A DNA stretch of 64,000 nt from Octopus vulgaris (lineage: Eukaryota). The stretch lies in contig OX597818.1 of assembly GCA_951406725.2 (NCBI GenBank), positions 125,922,001 through 125,986,000 of the forward strand. The letters are read 5' to 3'. Of this stretch, positions 1-13,139 are shown one piece after another (position 1 is the first letter of the stretch; each line of letters opens with the position of its first letter). The notes beneath the pieces are model-generated. The model was given only the letters and a program-made list of their open reading frames with translations. It ran no database searches and was not told the origin of the DNA. A program made the position numbers and the translations under genes.

Positions 1-465
1 GCCTCTGATGTGTGCGTTGCACAATGGCGTTGCTGGTTATCACGTTTATAGACATTACAACTCGGCCATTGATAATTTCCATCTGAAACGTGTACAAATG
101 CATACAATTGGATAACTGTTGATTATCATAGATTTTGCCTTTTATCTCATTGAGTGTCCATCAATACTTTTCGGTACTTGTTAGGATAGCCAGTTTAGTC
201 GCCGACAACACAACCGTATACCAGGTTATACAGGACTGAATGTAATCGAGTAACAAATAATTAATTGGTAACATATAAGCCACATAACAATTAACCAGTA
301 GGATTCATTATTCGTTATGAAAAATTAATATTGAAATGTTATACAAATATTGTATAGAATATTTAAATATAATTTTCATCAGAATATAATAACCTGTTAT
401 TGTAAAGTTTACCCCTACTTTTTGACTGGGATAGATTGAGGAGCAGGTAAAGCTCGGTGTTAGTA

Positions 466-690
466 GAGGAGCGTAGTTTGGTGGTTAGGGTGGTTAACTC
501 ATGATCGTAAGATTGTGGTTTCGATTCCTGGACCGGGCGACGCGTTGTGTTTTGAGCAAAACACTTCATTTCATGTTGCTGACAAAAATGAGTAATCCTG
601 CAACAGACCGGCGTCCCATCCAGGTGTGGAATATATACGCCACGGAACCGAGAAACCGGCCCTTATTAGTCGGCGTGACTCGAAAAGGTA
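466..690 (+). mobile_element. tRNA-derived SINE, local family C
   Basis: A-box-like GTGGTTAGG, B-box GTTTCGATTCC, then GCGTTGTGTTTTGAGCAAAACACTT and GGCGTCCCATCCAG...GAAACCGGCCC, shared with copies at 8722, 26028 and 39555. Confidence 0.8.
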
Positions 691-879
691 ACTTTTTAAT
701 TTAAAGCCCTGAGTGACAGGCATTTGGATCAGCTTAAATAAACTATTACATTCTACTACGGTATTGTGCACTTTCTCATTAAGGGAACCTATACATACAT
801 ATATATGCACACACATATATACACAATAATGAATAATGATGATGATGATGATGATGATCTAAACCAAGAAAGGTGAAGT

Positions 880-2074
880 CAAATCGACGCTACGATCGTT
901 TCCGTAAACGAACGATTTTTTAAAAATCTCATATCTCTTACAATGTTATGTAATACCATCAATATATAGAAATATGCAATAATATTTTTTATTGTTAGAT
1001 CACTTCTTCAGGCATCTTCATTTGAAAAACATGATCAAGGAAAGAAACAAAAAAGAAAAACAAGGAGAGAGATAATAAGGGAAAGTATACCAGTTAGTGG
1101 TCAGTCAAGATAATTTGAAAGTAGAAATCGGGAGATGAGGGTGATAAAGAAAGGTATCAGAGTGTAAAAAGATAGAAGGAATACCGGTCTGATAGAGAGA
1201 GGGGTATAAAAATGTAGTTTTCTTTGCATTGTGGGCATGTGATGCTGTAGATATTTGTGTAGAGACTAGTTACGTCAAAGCTTACTAGTACTGTCTCTTT
1301 ATCTGCCTGTTCTGGGATAGGATTTAAGAAGTCCATGTCATCTCTGATGAAACTGGGAACTAATCTACATAAAGGTTTTTCAAATTATGTCCAACAAGTT
1401 GCTTATTCTTTGGGTGCTGGATGCTGGTCCTGCAACAATCAGATGCAATTTGAGATCAGTTGGTTAGGGAATCTTTATATATGGAGTATGGAGATCTTTT
1501 AAGTTGTTGCTGATCTGTTTGGATTTATGGATTTCAGGAAGGCCATAAAAATTACTTGTTTCCACTTCAAAATGGTTAGGTAATTCAATTCCTTTTTAGT
1601 TAACTCATCCTTGAATTTGTTGATAAATTTGCCAGTTTTGCTCCTAGTTCGATTATCAGCATTGCTATCTAATCTTCTGTAGAATTGCTGGTCACTGAAT
1701 TGTTCTAAGACCATTTCCCTGTAATGGGTCTTCTCCATTATTACAATGGCTCCTCCTTTGTCAGCTTCTTTAATGATTATAGATGAATCTTGAAGACATT
1801 CTAATGATTTTTTCCCCTCATCTGTAATATTTTGTTTTACAGGGTTTGTTGGAATGTTTGAATTAGCAGACCTTTTCAGGTATATTATATATTCCACCAG
1901 GTGTTTGTTTCTATTTATCGGAGGTTTAAAATCTGTTTTATTCTGCAAAAACGGTGGATCATCGTTGCCATTGTTAGGAAAGAACTCCCGTGGGCGAAGT
2001 CTTCTGTAGAATTCTTCAGTATCTGTTATAAAGTCTGTTGTGCTGGATTTAGGAGTTGGTGTGAATTTTAGACC

Positions 2075-2075
<1 letters not shown>
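880..2075 (-). mobile_element. Penelope-like retroelement relic (N-terminal RT fragment, internal deletion, pyrimidine-rich 3' region, HHR)
   Basis: Translation gives GLKFTPTP and IIIKEADKGGAIVIM (DKG motif). After frameshifts it gives FYGLPEIHK and LVSFDVTSLYTNI (RT motif A, ~1250-1290). The rest of the RT and the GIY-YIG domain are absent. Confidence 0.9.
886..1016 (-). ncRNA. Type I hammerhead ribozyme at the 3' end of the Penelope-like element
   Basis: Minus strand reads GATGC-CTGAAGA-(long stem/loop II)-GAAAC-GATC-GTA-GCGTC. Stem I is GATGC/GCGTC, stem III is the palindrome ACGATCGT, cleavage triplet GUA. Confidence 0.8.
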
Positions 2076-2107
<32 letters not shown>

Positions 2108-2135
2108 TGTATGTATGTATGTATGTATGTATGTA

Positions 2136-2166
<31 letters not shown>

Positions 2167-2261
2167 ATGTATGTATGTATACACTTATATAAATGTATAT
2201 ATATATATATATGTTTACATACATAGATACATCATATGAAAATAATCTGCAAGAAGATATG

Positions 2262-2306
<45 letters not shown>

Positions 2307-2829
2307 GAGTGTGTGTGCGTGCATGTGTGTATATAATCGTCACTAAAAGTGACTAAGGGTGCAAATATATACACATATATTTATACTCGCACACACACAT
2401 GTATATATGTGTGTGTGTCTGTATGTAGGGGTGTATATTTTTATATTTTATTTGGTTTTCATATTTTTCTTTTCTTTCAATGTATTTTATTTCAGTCCTC
2501 TTTAATTGTGTATTCTACAGGTCACAACTATTAACCTTTGTTCAAACAGAAAAGAGGTATTGAATAGGCGGACATTAGTAGTCCACATTTGTCGTCCTTG
2601 TAAATCTTGTAAAGACAGGATTTCCTCCATTACGACTTGTGTTTTCATAAGCTTTAGCCATTCTATTTTTATAGAGACAGTTGGGCGTTTTGTGACAGAG
2701 AACGACGTCTAAGCTATGTAATTGGATATAGTACACGGCGCGGATAACTTCAGGACTTTTGCGGCTCTCACCTTTATATTACCAGCCATTGTGAACGTGT
2801 CACATGACACCATATTATTGTTATTATTT

Positions 2830-2897
2830 TTACTACTACTACCACTACTACTACTACTACTACCATTACTACTACTACCACCACCACCACCACCACC

Positions 2898-2967
<70 letters not shown>

Positions 2968-3020
2968 TTATTACTGCTACTACTACTACTACTTCTACTA
3001 CTACTACTACCACCACTACT
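2830..3020. repeat. (TAC)n/(CAC)n compound microsatellite
   Basis: Directly visible; explains the poly-S/L/V/Y ORFs. Confidence 0.98.
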
Positions 3021-3503
3021 GTTATCATTACTATTTATTGTTATCATTACTATTTATTGTTGTTGCTGTTGTTTTCTTTTTTGTTGTTGTAAGCATTTTG
3101 GTTGCAGGGAAATAAAAATATTACAAAAGAGAAGAAAAAAAAATTGTGTACTTGAGAAAATAAAGCGGAAATGAAATAGGTACGTGTGTATGTACGCATG
3201 GGAGTATGCATGTGTGTAGCTATGCACTTATTAAGAGATGTATGTAAATATGTATGTATGTATGCAAGTCTGTATGGATGAATGTATAAGTTTATATATG
3301 TAAATATATACACCGAGTTTCAAATCCGAATGATTGTATATGTAATATATGTATACCTGCATAGAATTGTTATTGTATGAGTGTGTATAGAAAATATTTC
3401 ATAGTCGTCTGTATTGTATGCTCATAAATTACACATGCGTGCTTATATGTATGAACACACCGATACAGTTATGTATATGTATATATGTATTTATACCCAT
3501 GTG

Positions 3504-3550
<47 letters not shown>

Positions 3551-3636
3551 ATGTATGTACATATGTATGCATGTAGGAATATTTATATGCAGCTAAGCAT
3601 ATATATCTATCAATCTAACTATATATATGTATGTGA

Positions 3637-3672
<36 letters not shown>

Positions 3673-3797
3673 TTTAAAATAAGATAAAATCTTCATAAGA
3701 AATTATCAAGTAGTTAGCGTGAAAAAACCTCGTAAGAGAAAAAAATCCGCAAATTTTTTCAACTTGAAAATATTTATTTATATTATATAGTGCCCTC

Positions 3798-3874
<77 letters not shown>

Positions 3875-4089
3875 TACGCACATGCACACACACACACATA
3901 TTAGTAAACGCATATGTATATGCATATATATGTGTGTATTTATGTATATCTGTATATATGCACACACGTATACAAATATAAGAACATAGGCGTATGTATA
4001 TGAATGGATAAGAGGAAAAACAGATAAAAAGCAGGACGGAAAAGATAAAAGAGTATGTGTACGTGTGTGTATGTGGGTGTGCGTGAGTG

Positions 4090-4128
<39 letters not shown>

Positions 4129-4810
4129 CTGTGTGTGTAAATAACATAAATAATTCCAGCTTCTGGGTGTCTTTGTTGAACTTTAGGATACGAGAATTTG
4201 GGTAAAAGATATTGTCAACATAGAATAAACAAGGGCAACCTCAAACACTACTCACTCAGGAACAACACATCATATATGTATATATGTATAAATATATATA
4301 CCTACATATATACAGATATATATACATTTATGTATACATACATGTTGACACATATATAAGCATATAGACATGCACCTCTCTATATACACGCATATATAAG
4401 TAATGTACAGCGTGCTCACAATATGGCGACGGAGAGGGCGGTATGTTTTATTTTTTATTGGAAGTTATGTGGCATAATGGCCCGTGACTATCAGAGGACA
4501 ACGTCTTCTGACAGGTTAGCCAAAGATATTATTGATTTATTTGAAAGGAGTGTGCTTGTCAATGAAATTGAGAGAAAGTGGTTATAGCCGATCTTTAGAA
4601 ATCTGCTTTTCTTCTTAGATGAAAAAATAAACTGGCGTCTTTTTTGTACGCCCATTTGCGTGATCCATCCGCAGGCCGCCATTTACACAAATACATATAC
4701 ATATGAGTATATATGTTTGCAAATGTGTTTCTATATATATAATCGTATTCATAGATGCATACACGTTGACATATATGTATACATATGTATATATAAATAT
4801 ATGTATACAC

Positions 4811-4903
<93 letters not shown>

Positions 4904-5224
4904 TATATATATATACACAAATATAGAATCAGTCCCAGTTTATATGTACGACTTTTAGTTTGTATTTTGTTGGGTGTATGTTAGAAGTTTCATAAAGGAA
5001 TTTATTTGCAGTGGGTATTGGTTTTCTCAGTGGGTGTAATTTAGTTTAAGGCATGGAGTTATTTAATAGGAGATATAAAGCTTATATATATACGTCATCT
5101 CTTTATCAAATTCGCTTTCAAGTAAATTTGACAGAAGCTCTGCAGATCCTTGTCACACACATACGAGCGAACGCACACTCATATCTCTATATATAAGTGA
5201 ATGCGCGCACACACACACACACAA

Positions 5225-5266
<42 letters not shown>

Positions 5267-5334
5267 ACACACGCACACGTTTATATATAAATATATATAT
5301 ATATATATATTGGACTCTCCCGTTGAAGACGACA

Positions 5335-5608
5335 TTTGCGTGTTCAGCTTTTGCCGAACAACCTGTACAAATGATTTGCTTATAGTGATCGAATGTTCGT
5401 GCCGCACAGAAGCTCAGTGGCTCCATCGAATCGACGTTGTCTGAACAGGTACAAGGTGTGCCACGCGTCAGGTGTGGAAGTGATCGCAGTGTAACGTGAG
5501 ATGTAGTGTTTTGCCCAAAAGCATAATGCACGACCCGGTCTAGGAATTGAAACCACGATCACCAGATAGAGATTGCAGCACCCTAATCACCAAACCATGT
5601 CCTCTCAC
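5335..5608 (-). mobile_element. tRNA-derived SINE (family C-related head, different body)
   Basis: Reverse-complement head GGTGATTAGGGTG...GTGGTTTCAATTCCTAGACCGGG; similar head at 56540-56620. Confidence 0.65.
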
Positions 5609-5625
5609 TAACTCAAACACCCCCC

Positions 5626-5680
<55 letters not shown>

Positions 5681-5993
5681 AATAAAGGGTATAATTAATT
5701 AATTAATCAATAATAATTAATAATTTTACCAAGTAGTTCTATATGCTAAAATAGCCTTAATCGGTAGCCTTATACAAAAATTCTATGATTATATTTACCT
5801 ATGTGAATTAAAAATATTACTGTCTGGGAGATATCTTATGGTAGAGAAATAGTATTTAACTGCTATTTCTAAATGTCGGTATGTGGTGAAGCAATTTGCT
5901 GAACCCTAATTATAATTATGCTTATAATTATAGAATTTAAATATATATATAGAGAGATATAGATATAGATATGTATGTATGTATGTATGTATG

Positions 5994-6043
<50 letters not shown>

Positions 6044-6127
6044 CCTATCTATATATTCCATATCTTTCTGTATGCTTGGTTTTATATTCTTTATACCCTT
6101 AGATAATCTTTATGTCTGTACATGCAC

Positions 6128-6250
6128 GAGTTAGTGCTTTTTGTGGCTAATCAGTTGCTTTGACTCTTATCTCTAACAAAACTCGTACCCTTGTCACTTT
6201 GGTGACATTTCTAAATTCGCCTTTAGGTTTTATATTGCTAATAAGCCTCC
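6128..6250 (+). mobile_element. Fragment of the 18745-19580 HHR element family
   Basis: Aligns by eye with 19441-19572 (TTTTGTGG..CAGTTGCTTT..GTACCC..TGTCACTTT..ATTGCTAATAA). Confidence 0.7.
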
Positions 6251-6311
6251 TACATTATTTATATATGTGTGTGTGTGTGTGTAGTTGTTGAAGTGGTGTA
6301 CAGATATTGTA

Positions 6312-6469
6312 TATTAAGAAGAACGTGGCAGTCAGAATTTTGGACAATCTCTTATTAGCGCTTTCGTCCGGACAATCGAACTTTTCAAGATAGTTTGAAG
6401 AGTTGGCTGAACGAACGAAAGCGCTAATAATTATTCAAAATTCTGACTGTCCCCTTCTTCTTCTTAATA
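6312..6469. mobile_element. Fold-back element with two divergent degenerate HHRs
   Basis: Arm pairs TATTAAGAAGAA/TTCTTCTTAATA, CAGTCAGAATTTTG/CAAAATTCTGACTG, TTATTAGCGCTTTCGT/ACGAAAGCGCTAATAA. Cores TTGAAGA (plus) and TTGAAAA (minus), each followed by GAAAGCGCTA. Confidence 0.75.
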
Positions 6470-6480
6470 CATATATATGT

Positions 6481-6570
<90 letters not shown>

Positions 6571-6574
<4 letters not shown>

Positions 6575-6890
6575 CCTCGGGCCGACCAAAGCCTTGTGAG
6601 TGGATTTGGTAGACGGAAACTGAAAGAAGCCTGTTGTATATATGTATATATATATGTGTGTGTATGCGTGTGTATATGCTTATGTGTCTGTGTTTGTCCC
6701 TCTAGCATTGCTTGACAACCGATGCTGGTGTGTTTACGTCCCCGTCACTTAGCGGTTCGGCAAGAGAGACCGATAGAATAAGTACTGGGCTTACAAAGAA
6801 TAAGTCCCGGGGTCGATTTGCTCGATTAAAGGCGGTGCTCCAGCATGGCCGCAGTCAAATGACTGAAACAAGTAAACGAGTAAACGAGTA
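6571..6890 (+). mobile_element. SINE family A, 5'-truncated
   Basis: GCCTCGGGCCGACCAAAGCCTTGTGAG, internal TA tract, tail GGCGGTGCTCCAGCATGGCCGCAGTC...(GAGTAAAC)n. Confidence 0.9.
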
Positions 6891-6914
6891 ATATATATAT
6901 ATATTTATATATTT

Positions 6915-7116
6915 ATAAAGTTAATCCAAACAAGAAACACAAAAAACACAACAACGCGAGGACGTGGAACAAACATAGTATTATTGGACGCTCAGGAAAG
7001 AAGGAAAGAAGGAGGGTGTATCGTTTTGAGCGGAGCTCTTTGTCGGAAACATAGGAGAAGGAAAGATCCAGAGTAGGGGAGACAGATGAAAAAAATCGCC
7101 AACGGTACACACGAGG

Positions 7117-7120
<4 letters not shown>
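6915..7120 (-). mobile_element. ~205 bp (TA)n-embedded element with decayed minimal HHR
   Basis: Reverse complement of 60874-61080; HHR remnant at 7016-7050. Confidence 0.8.
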
Positions 7121-7159
<39 letters not shown>

Positions 7160-7195
7160 TGCATATACATATACATACGTACATATATATATAAA

Positions 7196-7244
<49 letters not shown>

Positions 7245-7249
7245 CTATA

Positions 7250-7301
<52 letters not shown>

Positions 7302-8721
7302 CATACATACATATACATATAGATAGTTAGTGCGCATGCACAGTAGAGTTCAAGGTCAATCTGCGCTAAGTGGCTTCACTCTGTGTGCTTTAGCTTTTAC
7401 TATGGCATCAGTCCAGAGACTCATTGATCAGACCTCAAATTTATGAATGTATATATTTGTATGTATGTATGTATGTATGTATGTATGTATGTATGTATGT
7501 ATATATTATGTATGTATTTTGTATCTATGTTTGTATGTATGTATGCCTTTTATACTTTCGAGAAAATGAATCATATACGAATATACTGTGACTTCAATAT
7601 TTGAATGCGTACATAATTTTATATCTATATCCGTATGTATATGCATGTGTGTCTGTGAGATCACTTGTGTGTGTATGTGTTCCCAATGAAGCTTATTTAA
7701 ATCGAAGGAAGAAAGTGCTACTCACATAGTAAATATAGTAAATACACACATACATATATGTGTGTATGTGTGCGTGTATATACGAGCGTGTGCCTTTATG
7801 TATCTGTTAGTATGAATAAAAATACAACGTTACACTGCTTAATTACATTCAAATACACTGTATAAAAAGCAAAAATTGATATGACTGAACGTCAAAAATT
7901 ATCATTTCATTTCTGAAGTATAGAAGATCATTTTGTCACATTTCTTTATTATTTCTTATCAAGTCAACGCTCCCATACCTTGAGAATAAGCGACAGCAAG
8001 TCTCCTGTCCGAAGAAATTCGCAAAGGTTTATACTAGAATCGAAGATGACAGATTTTCGCAGCCACACTGTCAAGTTCTCAGTTGCAATATCTCTCAAAT
8101 TATGAAACAGCTGTTTGATGTTTGTCTCACGTATTCTTTAACTGTTGAAATTCCGTTTCACGTGTATATTCCAGGGTTTTGACAGTTCTGCTGTCAAACT
8201 TCGTTGCTTCCTATTTCTTATGTGATAAAATTTCACAAATACATATAATAAAATTTTCTCATTCTTGTCATTATTATTTTGTTTTATTTCTGTGCTATAA
8301 ATGAGTTTTCCATATAATTAGTTGAATCTTACGTTTGCTGCTGGATCGGTTGTTTATATCAAACATGATAGAGACGGAGCGTACACTTCCGAAGAGCAGT
8401 AAAATAGTGGATATCAATTATTTTTTCTTTTGATTCAAGTAAAACAGATATGACCTTTTACGGGGCACCAGAGACTTATGGGTGGAAGTTGTCTTCAAGC
8501 CGGAGTCTTGGTTCTGATAATTACGACAGAATGGATTCTGCTTAAGACATCCAACGTGTCAGGTGTTAGCATTAAAACGAGTGTCAGAATAAATCTAAGC
8601 CTATCACTCGCTAGTTCTTTTAGTTGTTTAGCTCCTGATCAGCTCTGGACGACTAGACCTATGATCAAAGTGATTCCATCCATGACGCTCCCTTATTTTT
8701 GTGTATCTAAGAATACATTGT

Positions 8722-9046
8722 GGAGGTGCAATGGCCCAGTGGTTAGGGCAACGGACTCGCGGTCGGGTGATCGCGGTTTCGATTCCCAGACCGGGCTTTG
8801 TGTGTGTTTATTGAGCGAAAACACCTAAAAGCTCCACGATGCTCCGGTAGGGGGTGGTGGCGTCCCCTGTTGTACTTTTTCGCCAGAACTTTCTCTCACT
8901 CTCTCTTCCTGTTTCTTGAGTAACGCTACGATGGATTGGCGTCCCATCCAGCTGGATGGTGGGACACATACGCCACAGAAACCGGGAAACCGGGCCCATG
9001 AGCCTGGCTAGGCTTGAATAGGGTGACGAAATTGGTCGAAAGTTGG
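8722..9046 (+). mobile_element. SINE family C with 13 bp TSD, nested in an older repeat
   Basis: A/B boxes present; AAGAATACATTGT duplicated at 8709-8721 and 9047-9059; flanks resemble the reverse complement of 46345-46525. Confidence 0.85.
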
Positions 9047-9254
9047 AAGAATACATTGTCCAATACCCTTCCTTTTTCAAGATAATGGAGTGTGATTTGA
9101 GAAAGACAGGGCTGCTGTTTCTTACAGATTTGATAACTATGTTAAAGTTCCGTTGTTGGTAAGGATGCTGATGATGTCAGTGGTGTGTAGTGGTGCGTAT
9201 GTGTCCTTGTCTTCTTCAACCGTTTTGGAGCCCCAGATTAAGCAGATTTACAAT

Positions 9255-9660
9255 AAAAGACTTTCTAGCCGCATTGAAGACTAACTCGATAAAAGCCAAG
9301 ATAGACAAAAATCAGGAAGATTCCCAATGAAGGTTATTTAAATTAAAGGCAGAAAGTACTACTCACACAGTTAGTAAATATAGTATGTTGGCAAAAAAAG
9401 AATACAAGGTAAGACGTTACACCCTAGGGAGAATAATCCATTAGAAGTTATGTAGAAAGCTAGGATTTGGCCATACTGACAAGTGGTATGAACATGAACC
9501 TAGTAAAATGCTAGAAAGTAAGAAATATAAGATGTTGTGGGACTTTAACATTCAGACTGACACAGTAATAGAATCTAGAATGCCTGATTTAGTAGTAGTA
9601 GGCATACAGAATAGAAAGTGCCAGGTAATTGATTTTACAATCCCAAATGATTGGTATATA
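9255..9660 (+). pseudogene. R4/Dong-clade LINE fragment (decayed zinc knuckle plus restriction-like endonuclease)
   Basis: KWYEHEP...LWDFNIQTDTVIESRMPDLVVV...VIDFTIP, with in-frame stops upstream. Confidence 0.85.
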
Positions 9661-9810
9661 GTAAATAGTAAAGTACTAGGACCTAGTAACTGAGTTACAA
9701 CTATGTTTCTATCCGTGTGTATCGGTGTGTGTCAGTGTGAATGTGAGATCGTATTAATTTATTTAGTATTTCTATGTGTGTGTATCATGCTTTGAATTAG
9801 AACTCATGTA

Positions 9811-9975
9811 GTCGCAGGAGTGGTTGTGTAGTAAGTAGCTTGCTTACCAACCCCATGCTTCCGGGTTCAGTTCCACTGCATGGCACCTTGGGCAAGTGTC
9901 TTCTACTGTAGGTTCGGGCCGACCAAAGCCTTGTGGGTGGATTTAGTCGACGGAAACTGAAAAGAAGCCCATCGT
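9811..9975 (+). mobile_element. SINE family A, head and core only
   Basis: GCAGGAGTGGTTGTGTAGTAAG...GGGTTCAGTTCC...ACCTTGGGCAAGTGTC. Confidence 0.9.
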
Positions 9976-9995
9976 ATATATATAGATAAATATAC

Positions 9996-10094
<99 letters not shown>

Positions 10095-10096
10095 CA

Positions 10097-10355
10097 TGAT
10101 GGCCGTCCACTCGTGACCGAGGAAGACCATTGCCGACCTTCAGGAACATTGTGCGCTCTAGGACTAACTTATATTTTGTACTTGCGGCTCCGTTGGTGGC
10201 TAATGAGCCCTGCTCTTGACAAGCATACACGACTGCAAACATTGCAGACCAAGCTTTCCCCATTCACTATACGAGCCGTGTGCTTTCGCGCAGCTCGCTT
10301 AAGTTCTTCATGCTGGATACGTGCTCTCTGAAAAGTGTCGATCCCCTCTTTTGTG
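10097..10355 (-). mobile_element. RTE-type LINE 3' end
   Basis: Translates [22 protein letters not shown] (C-terminal zinc-finger-like motif); tail GGTCTTCCTCGGTCACGAGTGGACGGCCATCAT shared with 28366. Confidence 0.75.
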
Positions 10356-10368
10356 GATAAATATTCAT

Positions 10369-10582
10369 TATTCGTAGGTTAACCAGACTACCATTGGTTT
10401 CATGTTAAAGAAATATCTCTTAAGAATTATTAAAGTCTGTCACATGGAACGTTATTGTTCGTCTCCATCTTGGATGAAAACCTCTATTTTGGTGTTTTCA
10501 TCCAAGACAAAGACGAACACCAACGTTGAGAGATACCTTTCACAACTTGAAACCAACTCTAGTCTGGTTAACCCACGAACAA
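10369..10582. mobile_element. Fold-back element with decayed HHR halves
   Basis: Termini TTCGTAGGTTAACCAGACTA/TAGTCTGGTTAACCCACGAA; central hairpin TCTTGGATGAAAAC/GTTTTCATCCAAGA; minus strand has CAGAC...GAAACCAATGGTA-GTCTG. Confidence 0.75.
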
Positions 10583-10584
10583 AG

Positions 10585-10693
<109 letters not shown>

Positions 10694-11314
10694 AGAGAGT
10701 CACACACATATATTATGAATAGATACATACGATCATCCATAAAAAATACACACATATATGCATACATATCTGTGTGCATGTTAATACGCTTATCAACTTG
10801 CTGGGAGTGTGTGTGGTTAGATAGTTATGTGAGTGTGTGAGCATTCGTTCGAGCCTAAGTACACACAACACACATGCGCGACGAGCGTGTCATTTATTAG
10901 AGGAATAAACTTACGAGGTAGCGAGATTTACAATCAATTTGACAATATCTAAACAGTCACTTCGCAATGCCATATATTAAACCTGGCAACCAAGGCCCAC
11001 CTCTAGACCGTATGGCAGTCAACCATACATTCCAATTTTAGCGGTCAAAATTAATCTTGTCAAATACATTTTTTTTAATAGAGAGACGCCAAGGTAAATA
11101 CGAAGTAATAAATATCCACGCGGCATTAAACCAACGGTTAATCACGTGACAAATACGACATTCTGGGTCCACATTAATTAAAATGACTGATGTTATTTTA
11201 CTTTATATGTGTGTGTGTATGCATGTAACTGTGCACGCGTTTACACACACACACATACACGCATATACGCGCGCGCACACATATACATAGCTACATACAT
11301 ATATACATCAGTAT

Positions 11315-11359
<45 letters not shown>

Positions 11360-11425
11360 CATATAATATATACATTATACATACATGCATACATACATAT
11401 GTATTCGTGTGTGTGTGTGTGTCTG

Positions 11426-11456
<31 letters not shown>

Positions 11457-11794
11457 TGGTAGTTAGGTATGTATATACATACATGTATACACACATAGAC
11501 ACAGACTTGATGCGTAAAGTCCAAAATAAATATCTAGACATTTGTGTCGTATATTGGGGTATTTGACCTAGTGTTTAAATAAGTGGGATCTTTATCTTCA
11601 GGTTGTTTTGATTCCCGGCTTAGAAGGCGCCTTGTGACCTTGGTCAAGGAACTTACCTCTCGTTGCCCTAGTTCATTCAATTCGCGAAAAGGCGTTGCAA
11701 GTCTGACAAATTATCGTAAACGTAGCACGGCAGATGTAATGAGTGTAGGCGTTGCATCTACACCAAATAGTCTTGAGTTCAGTCTCACGGCATA

Positions 11795-12070
<276 letters not shown>

Positions 12071-12072
12071 TG

Positions 12073-12115
<43 letters not shown>

Positions 12116-13139
12116 GACACTGTCTCTGTGAAATATGTAAACCTCAGAACGCCAGTCTTTAGAGTGGATATATTAGTACAGCAAATACTCTATTGGAATC
12201 TTTCCATGCATTTACTGAAAGGACCAATCATTATTCATTGTATCACTCATCAGAAGATGATGATTGAAAAATACTACAGGATCATACTTTCATAATTTCA
12301 TTAAATTACTTAAAATATCGAATATTGATCATGGAAGATATACTCATATCGCAACAGTGCGAAAATATACACATCAAAAAGTTAACATGTGACTACTAAC
12401 TTAAAACCTTGCAGTGAAGCAAAATGTTGTTCAAAACCAAACGAATTAACGGAGAAACCTAACACACAAAAAACATCTTTGCCGAAAGAGGCTACAAAAA
12501 TTCAACCAGTATCTTAAGAGCAACGCAGATAACAAAACTATTTAAATTCTTGTAAATGCGAGTGTGAAAGTCTAGAAACGTCTGAATTTCGATTTCTGAA
12601 TTGAATTTTTCCAAACAAACCGCAAGAAACTGCTACAAATATATGAAAAATATATACGCGTACATATATATATATGTATAAATGCATACATACATACATA
12701 CATACATACATACATACATACATACATACATACATACATACATACATACATACACACACACAGACACACACATATTACGATAAATGTAAACAAACTAATA
12801 TTTGCATTAGAAGCGCTGAAATGTGTATTGTGAGATACAAATAATTTATAATAAGATAATAATAAAATATCCATACAAAGCCATGGCTGGTTGCTGACGT
12901 ATTTTCCCGCTTAGTATGGATATTTTCTCCTGTCTCATCTGTCCCATCAGCATTTGTGCGTTAGCACATAAATTATCGTATTTGTGTCTCCCTGTGTGTG
13001 TGCGTATGTGTGTGTGTAATGATATATATATATATACAGTAAGATTTTTCCATTTCCTTTTTCCTTACGCTAGCTTAAAACAGAGTCTTTCGACTATCAA
13101 ACACTATCAAACACTATCAAAATACTACTTCTTTTGTTA

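Noticed and set aside
2480-2815. Possible host exon (acceptor-like TTTTATTTCAG/TTCTACAG on plus; ATG..AAG|GTGAGA on minus)
   Set aside because: No recognisable peptide or partner exons; needs RNA-seq
4405-4690. Coding-like island (LAKDIIDLFERSVLVNEIERKWL)
   Set aside because: Too short and stop-interrupted to assign; probably a TE fragment
12195-12255. Minus-strand CTGATGA...GAAAG as a hammerhead
   Set aside because: No convincing stems I-III
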